The position numbers were made by a program, and so were the translations under genes. The notes beneath the pieces were generated by a model. That model was given only the letters and a program-made list of their open reading frames with translations, searched no databases and was not told the origin of the DNA. 38,750 bases of DNA from the NCBI GenBank assembly GCA_947631135.1, contig CANRKE010000002.1, positions 1-38,750 on the forward strand. The letters are read 5' to 3'. The DNA comes from an uncultured Bacilli bacterium. Its GTDB lineage: Bacteria; Bacillota_I; Bacilli_A; RF39; UBA660. Shown in pieces: positions 9,062 through 19,709 of this stretch; the stretch's first letter is position 1; every line of letters begins with the position of its first letter.

Positions 9062-11236
9062 ATGATTGAATTATTATCTCCAGCAGGTGATATTGAAAGC
9101 TTGTATTATGCAATATATGCTGGTTGTGATGCAGTTTATATTGGTGGCAAAAATTTTGGAGCACGTAAATATGCTAAAAACTTTAGTGATGAAGAACTTA
9201 AGCAAGCTAGATATATAACAAAATTATATGGAGTAAAATTATATATTACATTAAATACATTAGTATATGATAGTGAATGGGAAGAGATAACAGAGTATAT
9301 TAGATTTTTATATAAATTAGGTGTAGATGCAGTAATAGTACAAGATATTGGATTAGTTGATTATATAAATAAAAAATTCCCTAATCTTACAATTCATGCA
9401 TCAACACAAATGAATGCACATAATAAAAATACACTAGAAAAACTAAAACAAATGGGAGTAAAAAGAGTAGTGTTAGCTCGTGAAGTAAGTCTTGATAATA
9501 TTAATAATATTGATACTGATATAGAAAGAGAAATATTTATTCATGGAGCACTCTGTGTGTCATATTCAGGATGTTGCTTGCTTAGTAGTTACATCGGTAA
9601 AAGAAGTGGTAATAGAGGAGAATGTGCAGGAACATGTAGATTACCATATGAACTATATAATGGCAATGATAAAATAAATACTGATGGAAAATATTTGCTA
9701 TCAATGAAAGATTTATGTACACTAGAAAAATTAGATCAAATATTAAAATCAAATGTAAATAGTTTAAAAATTGAGGGAAGAATGAAATCTAAAGAATATG
9801 TATATTATGTTACTAAAATATATAGAAAATATATAGATATGTATTATAAATGTGGTAATATAAAAATAGATGAAGAAGATAATAATTTACTTAAGATACT
9901 TTTTAATAGAAATTTTACAAATGGATATCTTTTTGATAGTAAAAATAATATAAATATTAAAACTAGTAATAATATAGGATTATATATTGGTAATGTAATT
10001 GACTATAAAAATAATAAATGTAAAATAAAATTAAATAAAAAATTAGAAGTTAATGATGGTATAAGAATAGTAAATAAAAATAGTGAAATAGGATTAATTG
10101 TAAATAAAATAGAAGAAAATAAAAATAATATAGTAACAATATTTCCTAATCATAAAATAGAAGTTGGTAGTAAAGTATTTATAACATCTAAAAATAATTT
10201 AGTTGTAAATCCTACTAAAATAGATATTAATATGAATATAGAAATAAATGATAATTCTATAATAGTTGAAATATATAATGATAGAAAAAACATTACATGT
10301 AAGAGTAACAATATAATAGAACGTGCTAAAAATAATCCAATAGATATTGAATTTATTAAAAAACATATGTCTAAACTTGGTAATACACCATTTAAAATAA
10401 ATAAGATAAATATAACTAATATACCTAATAATATTTATATTAATATAGGAAAAATAAATGAATTCAGAAGAGAATGTATACAAAAATTTATAGATGAATT
10501 AACTAAAAATGATATTGATTTTATTGAAAATGATTATAATCTAAAAACATATAAATCAAATAGTAATATAGAATATAGTGTATTTGTAAAGAATGAAGCA
10601 CAATTTAATGAAGTAATAAAATATCCATTAAATAGAATATATGTTGATTATAATATATATAATAAATATAAAAATATGTATAATAATTTAGTATTGGTAT
10701 TACCTAGAATAAATTATATTGATTATAAATTAAATAATGAAAGATTATTAATAAGAGAATTAGGATCATTAAAATATGCATCTGATAATTATGTAATAAG
10801 TGATTATACATTGAATGTAACTAATAGTTATTCTGTTAACTATTTAAAAGAAAATAATGTTAAAAGAATTACTCTATCTACTGAATTTGATAAAAATAAT
10901 ATAGATATTAAAGATAAAAATGATTTAGAAATGATTATTTATGGTAAAATAGAATTAGCAATATCTAAATATTGTGTAATTAGTAATGTATTAAATAAAA
11001 ATAAGGGATGTAAATTATGTCGTGATAATAATTTTTACTTATCTGATAGATTAAATAGTAAATATAAATTAATAAATGATGAATATTGTAATTCTATTAT
11101 ATTATCTAGTAGACCATATGATAATATAGATTTAATAGAAAAATATATTGATAGTGGTATAAGTAATTTTAGATTAAATTTCTATGATGAAAGTGAAGAT
11201 ACAATAATTAATATATTAAATAAAATATATAAGTAG
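9062..11236 (+). CDS. Peptidase U32 family protein (collagenase-like, long form)
   Basis: The N-terminus MIELLSPAGDIESLYYAIYAGCDAVYIGG...FGAR and the segments IHASTQMN, ExFIHGALCVSYSGxCLLS and KIEGRMKS are typical of the U32 family. RBS GGAGG lies upstream. Confidence 0.85.
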   Translation: MIELLSPAGDIESLYYAIYAGCDAVYIGGKNFGARKYAKNFSDEELKQARYITKLYGVKLYITLNTLVYDSEWEEITEYIRFLYKLGVDAVIVQDIGLVDYINKKFPNLTIHASTQMNAHNKNTLEKLKQMGVKRVVLAREVSLDNINNIDTDIEREIFIHGALCVSYSGCCLLSSYIGKRSGNRGECAGTCRLPYELYNGNDKINTDGKYLLSMKDLCTLEKLDQILKSNVNSLKIEGRMKSKEYVYYVTKIYRKYIDMYYKCGNIKIDEEDNNLLKILFNRNFTNGYLFDSKNNINIKTSNNIGLYIGNVIDYKNNKCKIKLNKKLEVNDGIRIVNKNSEIGLIVNKIEENKNNIVTIFPNHKIEVGSKVFITSKNNLVVNPTKIDINMNIEINDNSIIVEIYNDRKNITCKSNNIIERAKNNPIDIEFIKKHMSKLGNTPFKINKINITNIPNNIYINIGKINEFRRECIQKFIDELTKNDIDFIENDYNLKTYKSNSNIEYSVFVKNEAQFNEVIKYPLNRIYVDYNIYNKYKNMYNNLVLVLPRINYIDYKLNNERLLIRELGSLKYASDNYVISDYTLNVTNSYSVNYLKENNVKRITLSTEFDKNNIDIKDKNDLEMIIYGKIELAISKYCVISNVLNKNKGCKLCRDNNFYLSDRLNSKYKLINDEYCNSIILSSRPYDNIDLIEKYIDSGISNFRLNFYDESEDTIINILNKIYK

Positions 11237-11238
11237 AG

Positions 11239-11922
11239 GTGATTGTTTTGAATAAAGAAAAAATTAATATTTATATTGATAAAGTTAAGAATATACTTAG
11301 AAGTTCACCAAGATTATTACTTATATTTGGAATATTATTAGGAATTACGTTTACATCATTAGTAGGTAGTATATTTTCTAAAAATAGAAAAGTTGAAAAT
11401 ATCAATAATAGTAAGATAACTTATAAGGATATTGTTGTAAATGAAGATAATAATAGTAATAATAATCAGGATGTAGTTGAATATTTTGATGATACATATA
11501 ATATGATTGCATCATCTGATATTGATGATAGTAGTATGGTAGATAAAATAAAAGAAAGATTAAATATAATATCTAATTTTCTATTTGATGGTGGAGAAAT
11601 TAATGGTTATACATATAGTGAATTAAGTGAAGACGTTAAAATAAAAATAAATAAATTATTATTAAATATAGATAGTAAAATAGACGAGATATTCCCTAAT
11701 TATAAAAATAAAATTAAATCATCATTTAAAAATTTAAAAGCACAGGTTACAATTTTATATTTAGAAGCAGTAGATAAAATATGTGAGGGTAATAGAAAAG
11801 AATATTGTAATGAAGCTAAAAAAGATTTTAATAAAATAAAGAAAACATTTAAGATAACATTTTCTATGATTAAAGATATCATAAAAGAAGGAAAGACTGA
11901 TTTATTAGGATATGTTAAATAA
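11239..11922 (+). CDS. Hypothetical membrane-anchored protein
   Basis: Long ORF tightly following the U32 gene, with one N-terminal TM segment (LLLIFGILLGITFTSLVGSIF). The start could be GTG at 11239 or TTG at 11248 after GAGGTG. No family recognised. Confidence 0.6.
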   Translation: MIVLNKEKINIYIDKVKNILRSSPRLLLIFGILLGITFTSLVGSIFSKNRKVENINNSKITYKDIVVNEDNNSNNNQDVVEYFDDTYNMIASSDIDDSSMVDKIKERLNIISNFLFDGGEINGYTYSELSEDVKIKINKLLLNIDSKIDEIFPNYKNKIKSSFKNLKAQVTILYLEAVDKICEGNRKEYCNEAKKDFNKIKKTFKITFSMIKDIIKEGKTDLLGYVK

Positions 11923-11944
11923 AAGAAGTGGGGTATAATAGTAT

Positions 11945-13741
11945 ATGAAAAAAACTATAATTAATATATTAAAAACTATAGCAGTATCATTCGCACTATT
12001 TGTAAATATAGAAAGTGTATATAAAATTGATTTTAAAAATATGTTTAATATTCAAATAGTACAACTTGCAATAATGATAGTATTAATATATTACGTATTA
12101 AAAAAAGATAATAATAAAAAATATTTAAGTATAAAAATACTTAGTTGTTTATTTTCATTATTTTTTGTAATTGGAGAAAGTTATAGACTTACTAATAGTA
12201 TTAAATATGTATTAGGTAATTATTTAAGTATAATATCATCAATAATAATATTTATTGGTTACTATATAATATTTTCATTTATATTATATAAAATTTATAA
12301 ATTTTTAAGTAATTATAAGCCTAATAATAATATTAAAAAAAATAATAAAATTATAGAACTATTTAAAAAATATCCATTTATATTTAGTTTAATAGTAATT
12401 TTATTTGGTTGGTTAATATACATAATTGCATTTTATCCAGCAATATTATCACCTGATCCAAGTTTTCAAATAAAACAATTTTTTGGAATACAAACAAAGT
12501 ATATGAATTATATAATACCTATTGATAGTAGTGTTACTATAACTAATCATCATCCAGTATTCCATACAATAATATTAGGTGGATTAGTAAAAATTGGAGA
12601 GTTTTTAGGTAATACTAACTTTGGATTCTTTTTATATAGTTTATTACAAATAATTATATTATCAACTACACTTGCATATACAATTAAATTTATGATTAAA
12701 TTAAATACTCCAATAAAATTTGTAATTTTAACACTTATAATATATACATTTACACCTGTTTATGCACTTTATTCTATATCAGCAGTAAAAGATGTAATAT
12801 TTACTTCATTTATAATACTATTTAATATATATGTTTTTAATATATGTACTTCATCTGATAAAATGAATATTAGTAAAATAATACAATTTACTATATTAAT
12901 GATATTAATAATATTATTTAGAAATAATGGTATATATGTAATATTAATTACTTTATTATCATTAATTATAACTAATATTAAAAATAGAAAATTATTTATA
13001 ATATTATTACTTTTAATGTTTGGATTTAATTATTCATATAATAAAATATTATTACCATATTTTAAAATATCTCCTGGTAGTGTTAGAGAGGCATTAAGTA
13101 TACCATTTCAACAAACTGCTCGATATGTAAAATATAATTCGGACTTATTATCAAAAGATGAAGAAAAAGCAATAGATAAAGTACTTAATATTGAAACACT
13201 TGCTGATAGATATAAACCTGAAATATCTGATCCAGTTAAAAATGAATATAATAAATATGCAACTACAAATGATTTAAAAAATTATTTTAGTTCATGGTTT
13301 AAGGGATTACTAAAAAGTCCTGATACATATATAGAAGCAACATTAAATAATACATATGGATATTTTTATCCAAATAAAACAAGATGGTATGTATATTATG
13401 ATTACTATAATATTTTAGATAGTGATGGAATAGAATATCATTATAACAAATTAAGTAATTTAAGAAAGATATTATCTAATTATGCAGTAATATTTCCATA
13501 CATACCACTGATAGGTTTAATAGTAAATATAGGGTTTAATACATTATTATTAATATTTATTACTACATATTTAATAGCAAAGAAAAAGAATATTATATTT
13601 TTAATACCGTCATTAGTATCGTTATTAGTTTGTTTTGCATCTCCTGTAAATGCATATTTTAGATATGCTATGCCATATATATTTAGTATGCAAGTTTTAA
13701 TTTCTATGTTTTTATATACTATAAACACTAATAATAAGTAA
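11945..13741 (+). CDS. Large polytopic membrane protein, unknown function (GT-C-like or DUF6020-like is only a guess)
   Basis: 598 aa with many hydrophobic segments throughout, plus a soluble loop near residues 370-480. RBS GTGGGG lies upstream. Confidence 0.7.
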   Translation: MKKTIINILKTIAVSFALFVNIESVYKIDFKNMFNIQIVQLAIMIVLIYYVLKKDNNKKYLSIKILSCLFSLFFVIGESYRLTNSIKYVLGNYLSIISSIIIFIGYYIIFSFILYKIYKFLSNYKPNNNIKKNNKIIELFKKYPFIFSLIVILFGWLIYIIAFYPAILSPDPSFQIKQFFGIQTKYMNYIIPIDSSVTITNHHPVFHTIILGGLVKIGEFLGNTNFGFFLYSLLQIIILSTTLAYTIKFMIKLNTPIKFVILTLIIYTFTPVYALYSISAVKDVIFTSFIILFNIYVFNICTSSDKMNISKIIQFTILMILIILFRNNGIYVILITLLSLIITNIKNRKLFIILLLLMFGFNYSYNKILLPYFKISPGSVREALSIPFQQTARYVKYNSDLLSKDEEKAIDKVLNIETLADRYKPEISDPVKNEYNKYATTNDLKNYFSSWFKGLLKSPDTYIEATLNNTYGYFYPNKTRWYVYYDYYNILDSDGIEYHYNKLSNLRKILSNYAVIFPYIPLIGLIVNIGFNTLLLIFITTYLIAKKKNIIFLIPSLVSLLVCFASPVNAYFRYAMPYIFSMQVLISMFLYTINTNNK

Positions 13742-13748
13742 TTTAAGA

Positions 13749-13785
13749 GACTGTTCAAAATCATTTACTTAATTTTGAGGCAGTC
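13749..13785. terminator. Possible bidirectional terminator between convergent genes
   Basis: GACTG-T-TCAAAAT...ATTTTGA-GG-CAGTC is an interrupted stem lying between the stop at 13741 (+) and the stop at 13793 (-). Confidence 0.35.
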
Positions 13786-13792
13786 CCTTATT

Positions 13793-14374
13793 TTACTTTA
13801 TTTTTTTATATTCTTTTAATACAGGCTGAAGTTGTTTATTTTCTAAAGCCTTTTCTATTGTCGGTAACAATAAATCATAGTGTGAAATTAAAGAATTTGG
13901 TTTGTTTTCATAGTTATCTTGACCGAATGGTACTATGAAAACACCCTTAGTATTCAATAATTTCATAATATTTTCGCCATTTAATCCAAGCCCATCATTA
14001 GTTGATACTGCAACTACGATAGGTTTTTGATTTCTAATTGTAGCTTTAACTGCTAAGTTTACTGGATTATCAGTTATACCATTTGCCATTTTAGCAATAA
14101 AATCTCCCGTTGCAGGAAGTACTACTGTAATATCCATTTTATTTTTTGGACCAAAAGTTTCAGCTTCAACAATATTTGATATAACATGTTTACCAGTAAT
14201 TTGTTCTAACGTGTTTATAAATTTTTTACTATCACCAAATCTTGTATCATATTTGCATATGTTTTCAGATACAACAGGATATACGTCATGACCAAGTGAA
14301 GTAAGTAACATTACCTGTTCTAGTGCGGTTTTTAAAGTACAAAATGACGATGTCATACAAAAACCAATTTTCAT
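13793..14374 (-). CDS. dpaB: Dipicolinate synthase subunit B (SpoVFB/DpaB)
   Basis: Close match, from memory, to B. subtilis SpoVFB: KATIRN, STNDGLGLNGENIMKLL, PFGQD, KPNS, TIEKAL, QLQP. Confidence 0.9.
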   Translation of the reverse strand: MKIGFCMTSSFCTLKTALEQVMLLTSLGHDVYPVVSENICKYDTRFGDSKKFINTLEQITGKHVISNIVEAETFGPKNKMDITVVLPATGDFIAKMANGITDNPVNLAVKATIRNQKPIVVAVSTNDGLGLNGENIMKLLNTKGVFIVPFGQDNYENKPNSLISHYDLLLPTIEKALENKQLQPVLKEYKKIK

Positions 14375-15222
14375 AATTTTCCCCCTGAAATACTCCTCAT
14401 CTTCATTTCTAATAAATGACCAGATGATACGGGTGAATATTTTGCTGGTATTTTACTATATATAAAATAATTTTTATCTTTAATATCATCTTTTCTTGCA
14501 CCATAAGGAACACTTGAAATATCAAGTATATAGCATTCATCACTTATATCGCTAATTAATTCTTTTGTAAGTATATTTTGTGGAACAGTATTTATAATTG
14601 TATCTGCACATTTTAAATATTTTGAAAATTCATCTTGATTAAATGTATCAAAAACTTTAATTTTCTTATTATATAATTCTAAATAATCATTATAATCTTT
14701 AACACCAACTACTAAATTAGCTCCTAATCCATTTAAAATACTTGCTAATGGTTTACCAATATTACCATATCCAAGAATAACAATGTTAGATGCAAATATA
14801 GTTTTTTCACCTCTATTACTAATTAGATTTTCTAATATGCCTTCTACAGTTATTAATGAATTACCGTTACATACTTCTTTATCATTTAAAAAATTATTAA
14901 TTTCCATATCATCTCTAACCATTTGTTTTAACGAATCTGTTACTTTTCCAGTAAATATTTGAACCCCCCTCATACAATTATCAAATAACTTACTGTCAAG
15001 AACAACTTTTGATTTACTAAATTCAGAATCAACACTATAATCATCTTTAATACCATTAATAGGTAAAACAATTATATTTATATTACTAATATCTCCATTA
15101 AATTTTTTTACATTAGTAAATATAGTATTATCATAACCAATTGTATATATATTATTTTTATCCTTTAAATCTTTAATAATTTTAGCATATCTCATATCTC
15201 CACCAATAAATAGTAAATTCAT
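14371..15222 (-). CDS. dpaA: Dipicolinate synthase subunit A (SpoVFA/DpaA)
   Basis: The N-terminus reads MNLLFIGGDMRY and a Rossmann motif ILGYGNIGK is present. The gene overlaps the dpaB start by 4 nt. The ATG at 15222 sits 5 nt after GGGGGA, whereas the listed ATG at 15240 has no RBS. Confidence 0.85.
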   Translation of the reverse strand: MNLLFIGGDMRYAKIIKDLKDKNNIYTIGYDNTIFTNVKKFNGDISNINIIVLPINGIKDDYSVDSEFSKSKVVLDSKLFDNCMRGVQIFTGKVTDSLKQMVRDDMEINNFLNDKEVCNGNSLITVEGILENLISNRGEKTIFASNIVILGYGNIGKPLASILNGLGANLVVGVKDYNDYLELYNKKIKVFDTFNQDEFSKYLKCADTIINTVPQNILTKELISDISDECYILDISSVPYGARKDDIKDKNYFIYSKIPAKYSPVSSGHLLEMKMRSISGGKL

Positions 15223-15322
15223 AAAATTCCCCCGTTTCATATATATTCTATTTATTTTTTATAATTTTGTGATTAATTTATGTATTTTAACTACAAAAAT
15301 TGATATATTTTTATAATTGTTA

Positions 15323-15331
15323 TGGTATAAT
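15323..15331 (+). promoter_or_regulatory. Extended -10 promoter (TGgTATAAT) for the aminopeptidase gene
   Basis: TGGTATAAT lies about 20 nt upstream of the ATG at 15352. No good -35 was found. Confidence 0.45.
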
Positions 15332-15351
15332 TTTTGATGGAGATGATAATT

Positions 15352-16584
15352 ATGAATAAATTAGAAGAAAAATTAAGAAAGTATGCTAAATTATTATTAG
15401 ATAAATGTTTAGTAATTGAAAATGATGGTCTATATATAAATATTAGTCCTGATGCATATGAATTTGCATATATAATATATGATGAAGCTTTATCACGTGG
15501 AATAGGTGATGTTGTATTAGATTTTAGAAGTGAAAATGTTAAATCGTCATTATTAAAATATAAAAGTGTTGATGAATTATATAAAAGTAAATATTTTGAT
15601 AGAAGTATATTAGATGAATATACTAGAAAAAATTATGCATTTTTATTTTTAGAAGATTTTGAAGAAGTAGATAATAATTACAGTGAAGAAATTAAAAATA
15701 AAGAATTAGTTTTAGATCAATTTTCTAAGAAATCATGTAAATATTTTAGAAAATTAGAAGGATCTATGCAAATATCTTGGTGTATTGCATGTGTTGCTAC
15801 AAAATCTTGGGCAGAAAAGATATTTCCAAGCGATGTAGATGCTTATTATAAATTATGGGATTTGATATTTGATATATGCTATATAAATGATGATGATCCA
15901 GCTGAAAGTTGGAATAAAGAAATAAGTAATAATATTAATCTATATAACAAATTAAATAATTTAAAAATTAAAACACTTCATTATACAAATAGTTTAGGTA
16001 CTGATTTTTATGTTTCAATTTCAAAAAACACTAAATTTATGGGTAGTGGAGAAAAGTTACGTGGTGAAAAAAGTATGATAGTTAATTTACCTAGTTTTGA
16101 AATATTCACATCACCAATTAAAACTAGTGCATCTGGTATTGTTTATTCATCTAAACCATTAGTATATAATGGTAAAGTTATAGATAAATTTTATATAAAA
16201 TTTGAAAATGGTAAAGTAGTTGATTATAATGCAGAAGATGGTTACGATACTTTAGATAGTATAATTAAAACAGATGAGGGAGCATCATATCTAGGTGAGG
16301 TTGCACTTGTTCCATATGATTCTAAAATATCAAAAACAAATATATGTTTTTATCATACATTATACGATGAAAATTCATCTTGTCATTTAGCTTTAGGTGA
16401 TTCATTTCCTGATGCAATTGATGGATTTGATGTTGATAATGAAGATGATTATGAAAAATATGAGCTTAATAAATCAATAACACATGTAGATTTTATGATA
16501 GGTACTAAAGATTTAAATATAAGTGCGACTACATATGATAATAAAGAAATAGATATATTTAAAGATGGTAATTTTGTTATTTAA
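15352..16584 (+). CDS. M29 family aminopeptidase (AmpS/PepS-like)
   Basis: About 410 aa. The N-terminus KLEEKLRKYAKLLL, the GEVALVPY segment and the YDENSSCHLALGDSF motif are typical of M29. The ATG at 15352 follows GGAG. Confidence 0.8.
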   Translation: MNKLEEKLRKYAKLLLDKCLVIENDGLYINISPDAYEFAYIIYDEALSRGIGDVVLDFRSENVKSSLLKYKSVDELYKSKYFDRSILDEYTRKNYAFLFLEDFEEVDNNYSEEIKNKELVLDQFSKKSCKYFRKLEGSMQISWCIACVATKSWAEKIFPSDVDAYYKLWDLIFDICYINDDDPAESWNKEISNNINLYNKLNNLKIKTLHYTNSLGTDFYVSISKNTKFMGSGEKLRGEKSMIVNLPSFEIFTSPIKTSASGIVYSSKPLVYNGKVIDKFYIKFENGKVVDYNAEDGYDTLDSIIKTDEGASYLGEVALVPYDSKISKTNICFYHTLYDENSSCHLALGDSFPDAIDGFDVDNEDDYEKYELNKSITHVDFMIGTKDLNISATTYDNKEIDIFKDGNFVI

Positions 16585-17410
16585 TGTTATCTAGCTTTTG
16601 ACTTATTTTATATCCAAAATACATTAATATAAAACCAATAATAGTATGTAATAAATTAAATGAATATGTAATTACGTTTACAAACATAGTAAAAACAGAT
16701 GATGATATTAATCCAAGTATTATGAATTGGGTTAATATCTTCTTTTTATTAAATAAGTAATTCATAAGTTTAGATATATATATTACTCCTAATACTAGAC
16801 CTATTAATAATGGTATAATAATATCTATATTTGATAATGTACTTTTTATATTAGTTAAATTGCTAATAAGATCTATAATAAGTGAATAGTATCCTATCAT
16901 TACCATAAGTGCAGTTGCTGATACTCCAGGTACTACAGTTGCAAATGCATATGTAAATCCAACAAATATTAATATTAAAAAATTCTTTATATCAATATTA
17001 ATTTCATATGATACTTTTTTTGTATTAATAAATGATAGGGATATAAGTATTAAAGCTATAATAATAGATATTATTATATATTTTTTATTAGATTTTATAT
17101 CTATTTTTTCTAAAGTACTTCTAAATGTACCAATAATTAATCCTATAAATAACATCATAGTTGGTACATAGAACATTAAAATAGATAGTTTAACTACTTT
17201 ACTGATAAGTATAATTGAAGTAATTATTCCTAGAAATATTGGAAAGATAAACTTTAAATTATTTTTAAAATCTTTAAAAAAATTAGATATTATATTTATA
17301 CATTTATCATATAACCCCAGACTTATCGCTAACATACCACCACTAACTCCTGGTATTATTTGACCAATACCTATTATTAAACCTTTTATAAATAAAATAA
17401 AGTTATTCAT
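16577..17410 (-). CDS. DUF368 family membrane protein (PopT-type undecaprenyl-phosphate translocase candidate)
   Basis: Two PGVSGG/PGVSA motifs (GQIIPGVSGGMLAISLGLYD and VVPGVSATALMVMIGYY) in a polytopic membrane protein. The ATG at 17410 sits 5 nt after AAGGTGA. Confidence 0.8.
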   Translation of the reverse strand: MNNFILFIKGLIIGIGQIIPGVSGGMLAISLGLYDKCINIISNFFKDFKNNLKFIFPIFLGIITSIILISKVVKLSILMFYVPTMMLFIGLIIGTFRSTLEKIDIKSNKKYIIISIIIALILISLSFINTKKVSYEINIDIKNFLILIFVGFTYAFATVVPGVSATALMVMIGYYSLIIDLISNLTNIKSTLSNIDIIIPLLIGLVLGVIYISKLMNYLFNKKKILTQFIILGLISSSVFTMFVNVITYSFNLLHTIIGFILMYFGYKISQKLDNIK

Positions 17411-17494
17411 AATTTTCACCTTATTAATAATATGCATATTTAGTAAAAAAAATATAATAAATATAGTAAAATAATAGTAACTAATTCAAAAAAA

Positions 17495-17503
17495 TGATAT
17501 AAT
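17495..17503 (+). promoter_or_regulatory. Extended -10 promoter (TGaTATAAT) for the tagO-like gene
   Basis: TGATATAAT lies about 25 nt upstream of the ATG at 17529. RBS GAGGTG follows. Confidence 0.5.
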
Positions 17504-17528
17504 ATGGTTAGTTTGAGGTGAATAGTAT

Positions 17529-18599
17529 ATGCAATTAAGTATTAGTGAAGCTATTAAAATGGTTTTAATAACATTTATATGTTCTATAATACTTGTTCCA
17601 TTTGTAAAAAAAATAGCAGAACATGTAGGGGCAGTTGATATACCAAATAAAAGAAAAGTTCATAAAGAGCTTATTCCAAGACTTGGTGGTCTTGCAATAT
17701 TTTTATCGTTTTTACTTGGTTATATGTTGTTCGCTAAACAAAGTGTTCAAATGATTTCAATTTTAATTGGTAGTTTTGTTATTATTTTAACTGGTATTAT
17801 GGATGATATAAAGCCATTACCTGCTAAATATAAATTTGCTGGACAACTTATTGCTGCATTAGTTGTGGTATTATATGGTGGTATTGTTTTAGATGAAGTA
17901 ACTGCATTTGGTCTATATATAAAATTTAATCCAATAGTTGGTAAGTTGACTACAATATTTTTAATATTAGGTTGTATAAATTCAATCAATTTAATAGATG
18001 GATTAGATGGACTTGCTTCAGGTATTAGTTCTATATATTTTTTAACTATAGGTATTATTGCATTTGTACTTGGACAAAATACAGGACTAGATATATCTTT
18101 AACTTTTATAATGTTAGGTTCAACTTTAGGATTTTTAGTACATAATTTTTATCCAGCTAGAATATTTATGGGTGATTCTGGTTCTATGTTTTTAGGATTT
18201 ATAATATCTGTAATAGCTCTTTTAGGATTTAAAAATGTTACTTTAACTTCATTAATTGTTCCACTTTTAATACTTGCTATACCAATACTTGATACATCTT
18301 TTGCAATTATAAGAAGATTACTTAAACATGAAAAAATATCAACTCCTGATAGAGAACATTTACATCATCAATTTTTAAATAAGAAAATATCACATAGAAC
18401 AACAGTTATAATAATTTATATAATTGATATATTATTTGCTTTAGCTTCAATTATATATGTATTAAAAGATCCAGTATTAGGTAGAATTATATATATTATA
18501 CTTTTGATAATTGTTTTATGGCTTGTACTTGGTACAAATATTATAAGTGAAAGAAAAATACTAAAAAGTTTTATTAATAAATTTAGAAAGGAAAAGTGA
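17529..18599 (+). CDS. tagO: Glycosyltransferase family 4 (MraY/WecA/TagO-type undecaprenyl-phosphate sugar-1-phosphate transferase)
   Basis: Polytopic protein with MDDIKPL, NLIDGLDGLASG and FMGDSGSMFLGF motifs typical of WecA/TagO. Confidence 0.8.
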   Translation: MQLSISEAIKMVLITFICSIILVPFVKKIAEHVGAVDIPNKRKVHKELIPRLGGLAIFLSFLLGYMLFAKQSVQMISILIGSFVIILTGIMDDIKPLPAKYKFAGQLIAALVVVLYGGIVLDEVTAFGLYIKFNPIVGKLTTIFLILGCINSINLIDGLDGLASGISSIYFLTIGIIAFVLGQNTGLDISLTFIMLGSTLGFLVHNFYPARIFMGDSGSMFLGFIISVIALLGFKNVTLTSLIVPLLILAIPILDTSFAIIRRLLKHEKISTPDREHLHHQFLNKKISHRTTVIIIYIIDILFALASIIYVLKDPVLGRIIYIILLIIVLWLVLGTNIISERKILKSFINKFRKEK

Positions 18600-18608
18600 T
18601 AATGGATT

Positions 18609-19616
18609 ATGAACAAGCATTTAAGAGAAAAACTAAAAAATAAAAGAAATGAAATGATAAATATAAACAAACAAAACAAAAGTGATATTGAAATTTTAAA
18701 TAAATATATATCACCAAAAAGAGTAATGACAAAAATATTATCATTTGCACTAATTTATATTATTATGATTATAATAATTTCGACAATAACAAAAGATATT
18801 TTAACTATGCAATCATTACTTAGAATTATTGGATTTCTAATTTCATATATTGTATCAAATAATATATCAAATATAATAACTGATAAAATTACTTATAAAA
18901 ATTTATTAAAAAATATTAAATATAATGGTAAATTATTAGATATTAAAGATAGTAAATATTTAGATAAAATTTCACCTGAGATTATATTTCAAAAGGAAAT
19001 AGAAATAGAAAACAATAATAATTTACTCAGAGTAATTTCTAAAGTTCAAAATAATGAAAATATACAAGTTAAGGATGAAAAAAAAGAATCACTATTAAAT
19101 GACAAAAAAAGTATAAAAGTTTTATCTACTAAAAAAATATTAAAACAAAATTATAATAAAGTTAATAATGTAACTTCTAAAAAAAATAAAGTATTATTAT
19201 GTATTTTATTAGGAATAATTGGTTTATTATTTGCAAATTCATTATTCTTACCCAATTTAGCATCTATTTTAATATATCCTTATTTTGCTACTATTTTTGT
19301 TGGCGCTGGTGTGATGCTTAATAATATTAAAAAATTAAGTCAAAAGAAGGCATTAGAATATATTAATTCTTCTTTAGATGAAGATAAACTTACTAAAGAA
19401 GAATTATCGGATGATAAAACAGATGAATTAGATTTAGAACTTAATAATGTAATAAATAGAATTTCTAACAATATGTGTAATCATGTAAAAGATGAAAATA
19501 ATATATTGAATAATAATAAATTGAAAAAAGAAAATAATTATTCATATGAGACAAAACTAACAACAACAGAAGAAAATCATAAAACATTAAATAAATCATT
19601 GCAAAGAAAATTTTAA
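18609..19616 (+). CDS. Hypothetical membrane protein
   Basis: 335-aa ORF directly after tagO. It has TM segments at roughly residues 45-90 and 195-235 and Lys/Asn-rich linkers. No family recognised. Confidence 0.55.
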   Translation: MNKHLREKLKNKRNEMININKQNKSDIEILNKYISPKRVMTKILSFALIYIIMIIIISTITKDILTMQSLLRIIGFLISYIVSNNISNIITDKITYKNLLKNIKYNGKLLDIKDSKYLDKISPEIIFQKEIEIENNNNLLRVISKVQNNENIQVKDEKKESLLNDKKSIKVLSTKKILKQNYNKVNNVTSKKNKVLLCILLGIIGLLFANSLFLPNLASILIYPYFATIFVGAGVMLNNIKKLSQKKALEYINSSLDEDKLTKEELSDDKTDELDLELNNVINRISNNMCNHVKDENNILNNNKLKKENNYSYETKLTTTEENHKTLNKSLQRKF

Positions 19617-19709
19617 TACACTAGAATTGTGTAATATATCAAAACAAATATTTGTCTATTAAATATAGGAAAGTAAAATAATAATTATATTAAAAAAGGG
19701 GAAATGTAT

